The notes under the pieces: model-generated
Told to the model about the DNA's origin: nothing
The model's database searches: none
Seen by the model: only the letters and a program-made list of their open reading frames with translations
Source of the DNA: Marsupella aquatica
Taxonomy: Eukaryota > Plantae > Marchantiophyta
Length of the DNA: 64,000 nt
Assembly (NCBI GenBank): GCA_973895155.1
Contig: OZ316896.1
Location: 13,062,549 to 13,126,548, forward strand
Direction: 5' to 3'
Part shown: positions 63,291 to 64,000 of the stretch, in pieces
Numbering within the stretch: position 1 is the stretch's first letter
Layout: each line of letters starts with the position of its first letter
Made by a program: the position numbers and the translations under genes

Positions 63291-64000
63291 TGCCGACTGT
63301 GCAGTCCTGTTACCGTGGTTGTAGCTGGTTCGCAGTCTTCTATCACAAAAAGTTAATTAAATATAGTTTAGAGCTAGTGCTAGAAAGGTCGAGAGGGTTC
63401 AGGGCCCATCCAATGACTTGTCACAAATTATAAAAAAAACTGATTGAACGAATGAAATCATTTAGCGCAGAGATTTTTTGATCTACTACTTGTTTGGTCT
63501 GTGAAATATCCAAATGAGTGAGTAGAACTACTCAATGACACATGAAACTAGGCTGACAAGTGGACACAAAGCTAATGTAGCCTCTCTGACAGATTCGCTG
63601 TTCTTGACATTTGACGGATTGTGATTGAATTGATCATTTTTCTTGGTGCCATTGGAAGTTCAGTAAGGGGATTTCACATCAGTTAGAAGCTGAGACGGAG
63701 AAGACTTTCAAACCAAGGATTCAATGGTTACAAAAAGTCATATTCCTATTAATAGCATGCTCTGGTGGTAATCAAGTGGCAAAAGCTAATAGAATCTGAA
63801 ACACTGAGTCACGTCAAATTCTCGAAACAATTCACAGTCGAAACCAACTCTGATACGAGACTCTGTTTTCCCAATGCAACCCTGAGAGTGACAAATTTTG
63901 CTCCGAGAACAGCATTTCCTTCTTCTTTCTACCTTGAGGGCAGATTGGATCTCCTTTATTTGTTCTAGATCCTCCATCCTGCTGGAGAATGTCTTTCTCG

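Overview
Eukaryotic nuclear DNA with spliceosomal GT-AG introns and plant-type genes, most consistent with a non-seed land plant such as a liverwort (inferred from gene and transposon style, not proven). Bases 1-21.8 kb are a nested transposon stack. The outermost layer is a degenerate Ty1/Copia element (RT-RNaseH, PPT, 3' LTR), interrupted by a large CACTA/En-Spm element whose right end is at 19791. That CACTA carries a TnpD C-terminus, convergent TnpA-like genes, a captured RPL18a exon and a hAT-type MITE. Its TnpD is cut by a second CACTA-like element ending near 6704, which in turn appears to hold an LTR element with a coiled-coil ORF and an RPA70-C-like ORF. Bases 25-49 kb hold four host genes: an intronless fungal-type MDR/enoyl-reductase-like oxidoreductase (horizontal transfer candidate), an intronless GT90/CAP10 glycosyltransferase, a ROS3/NOL8-like RRM gene, and an ALT-type hotdog thioesterase with an unusual N/G/S-rich C-terminal repeat. 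The remainder is MITEs, a non-autonomous Helitron with a nested long-TIR element, a solo LTR, tandem repeats and possible LINE debris. All family assignments come from motif recognition by eye; no database search was run.
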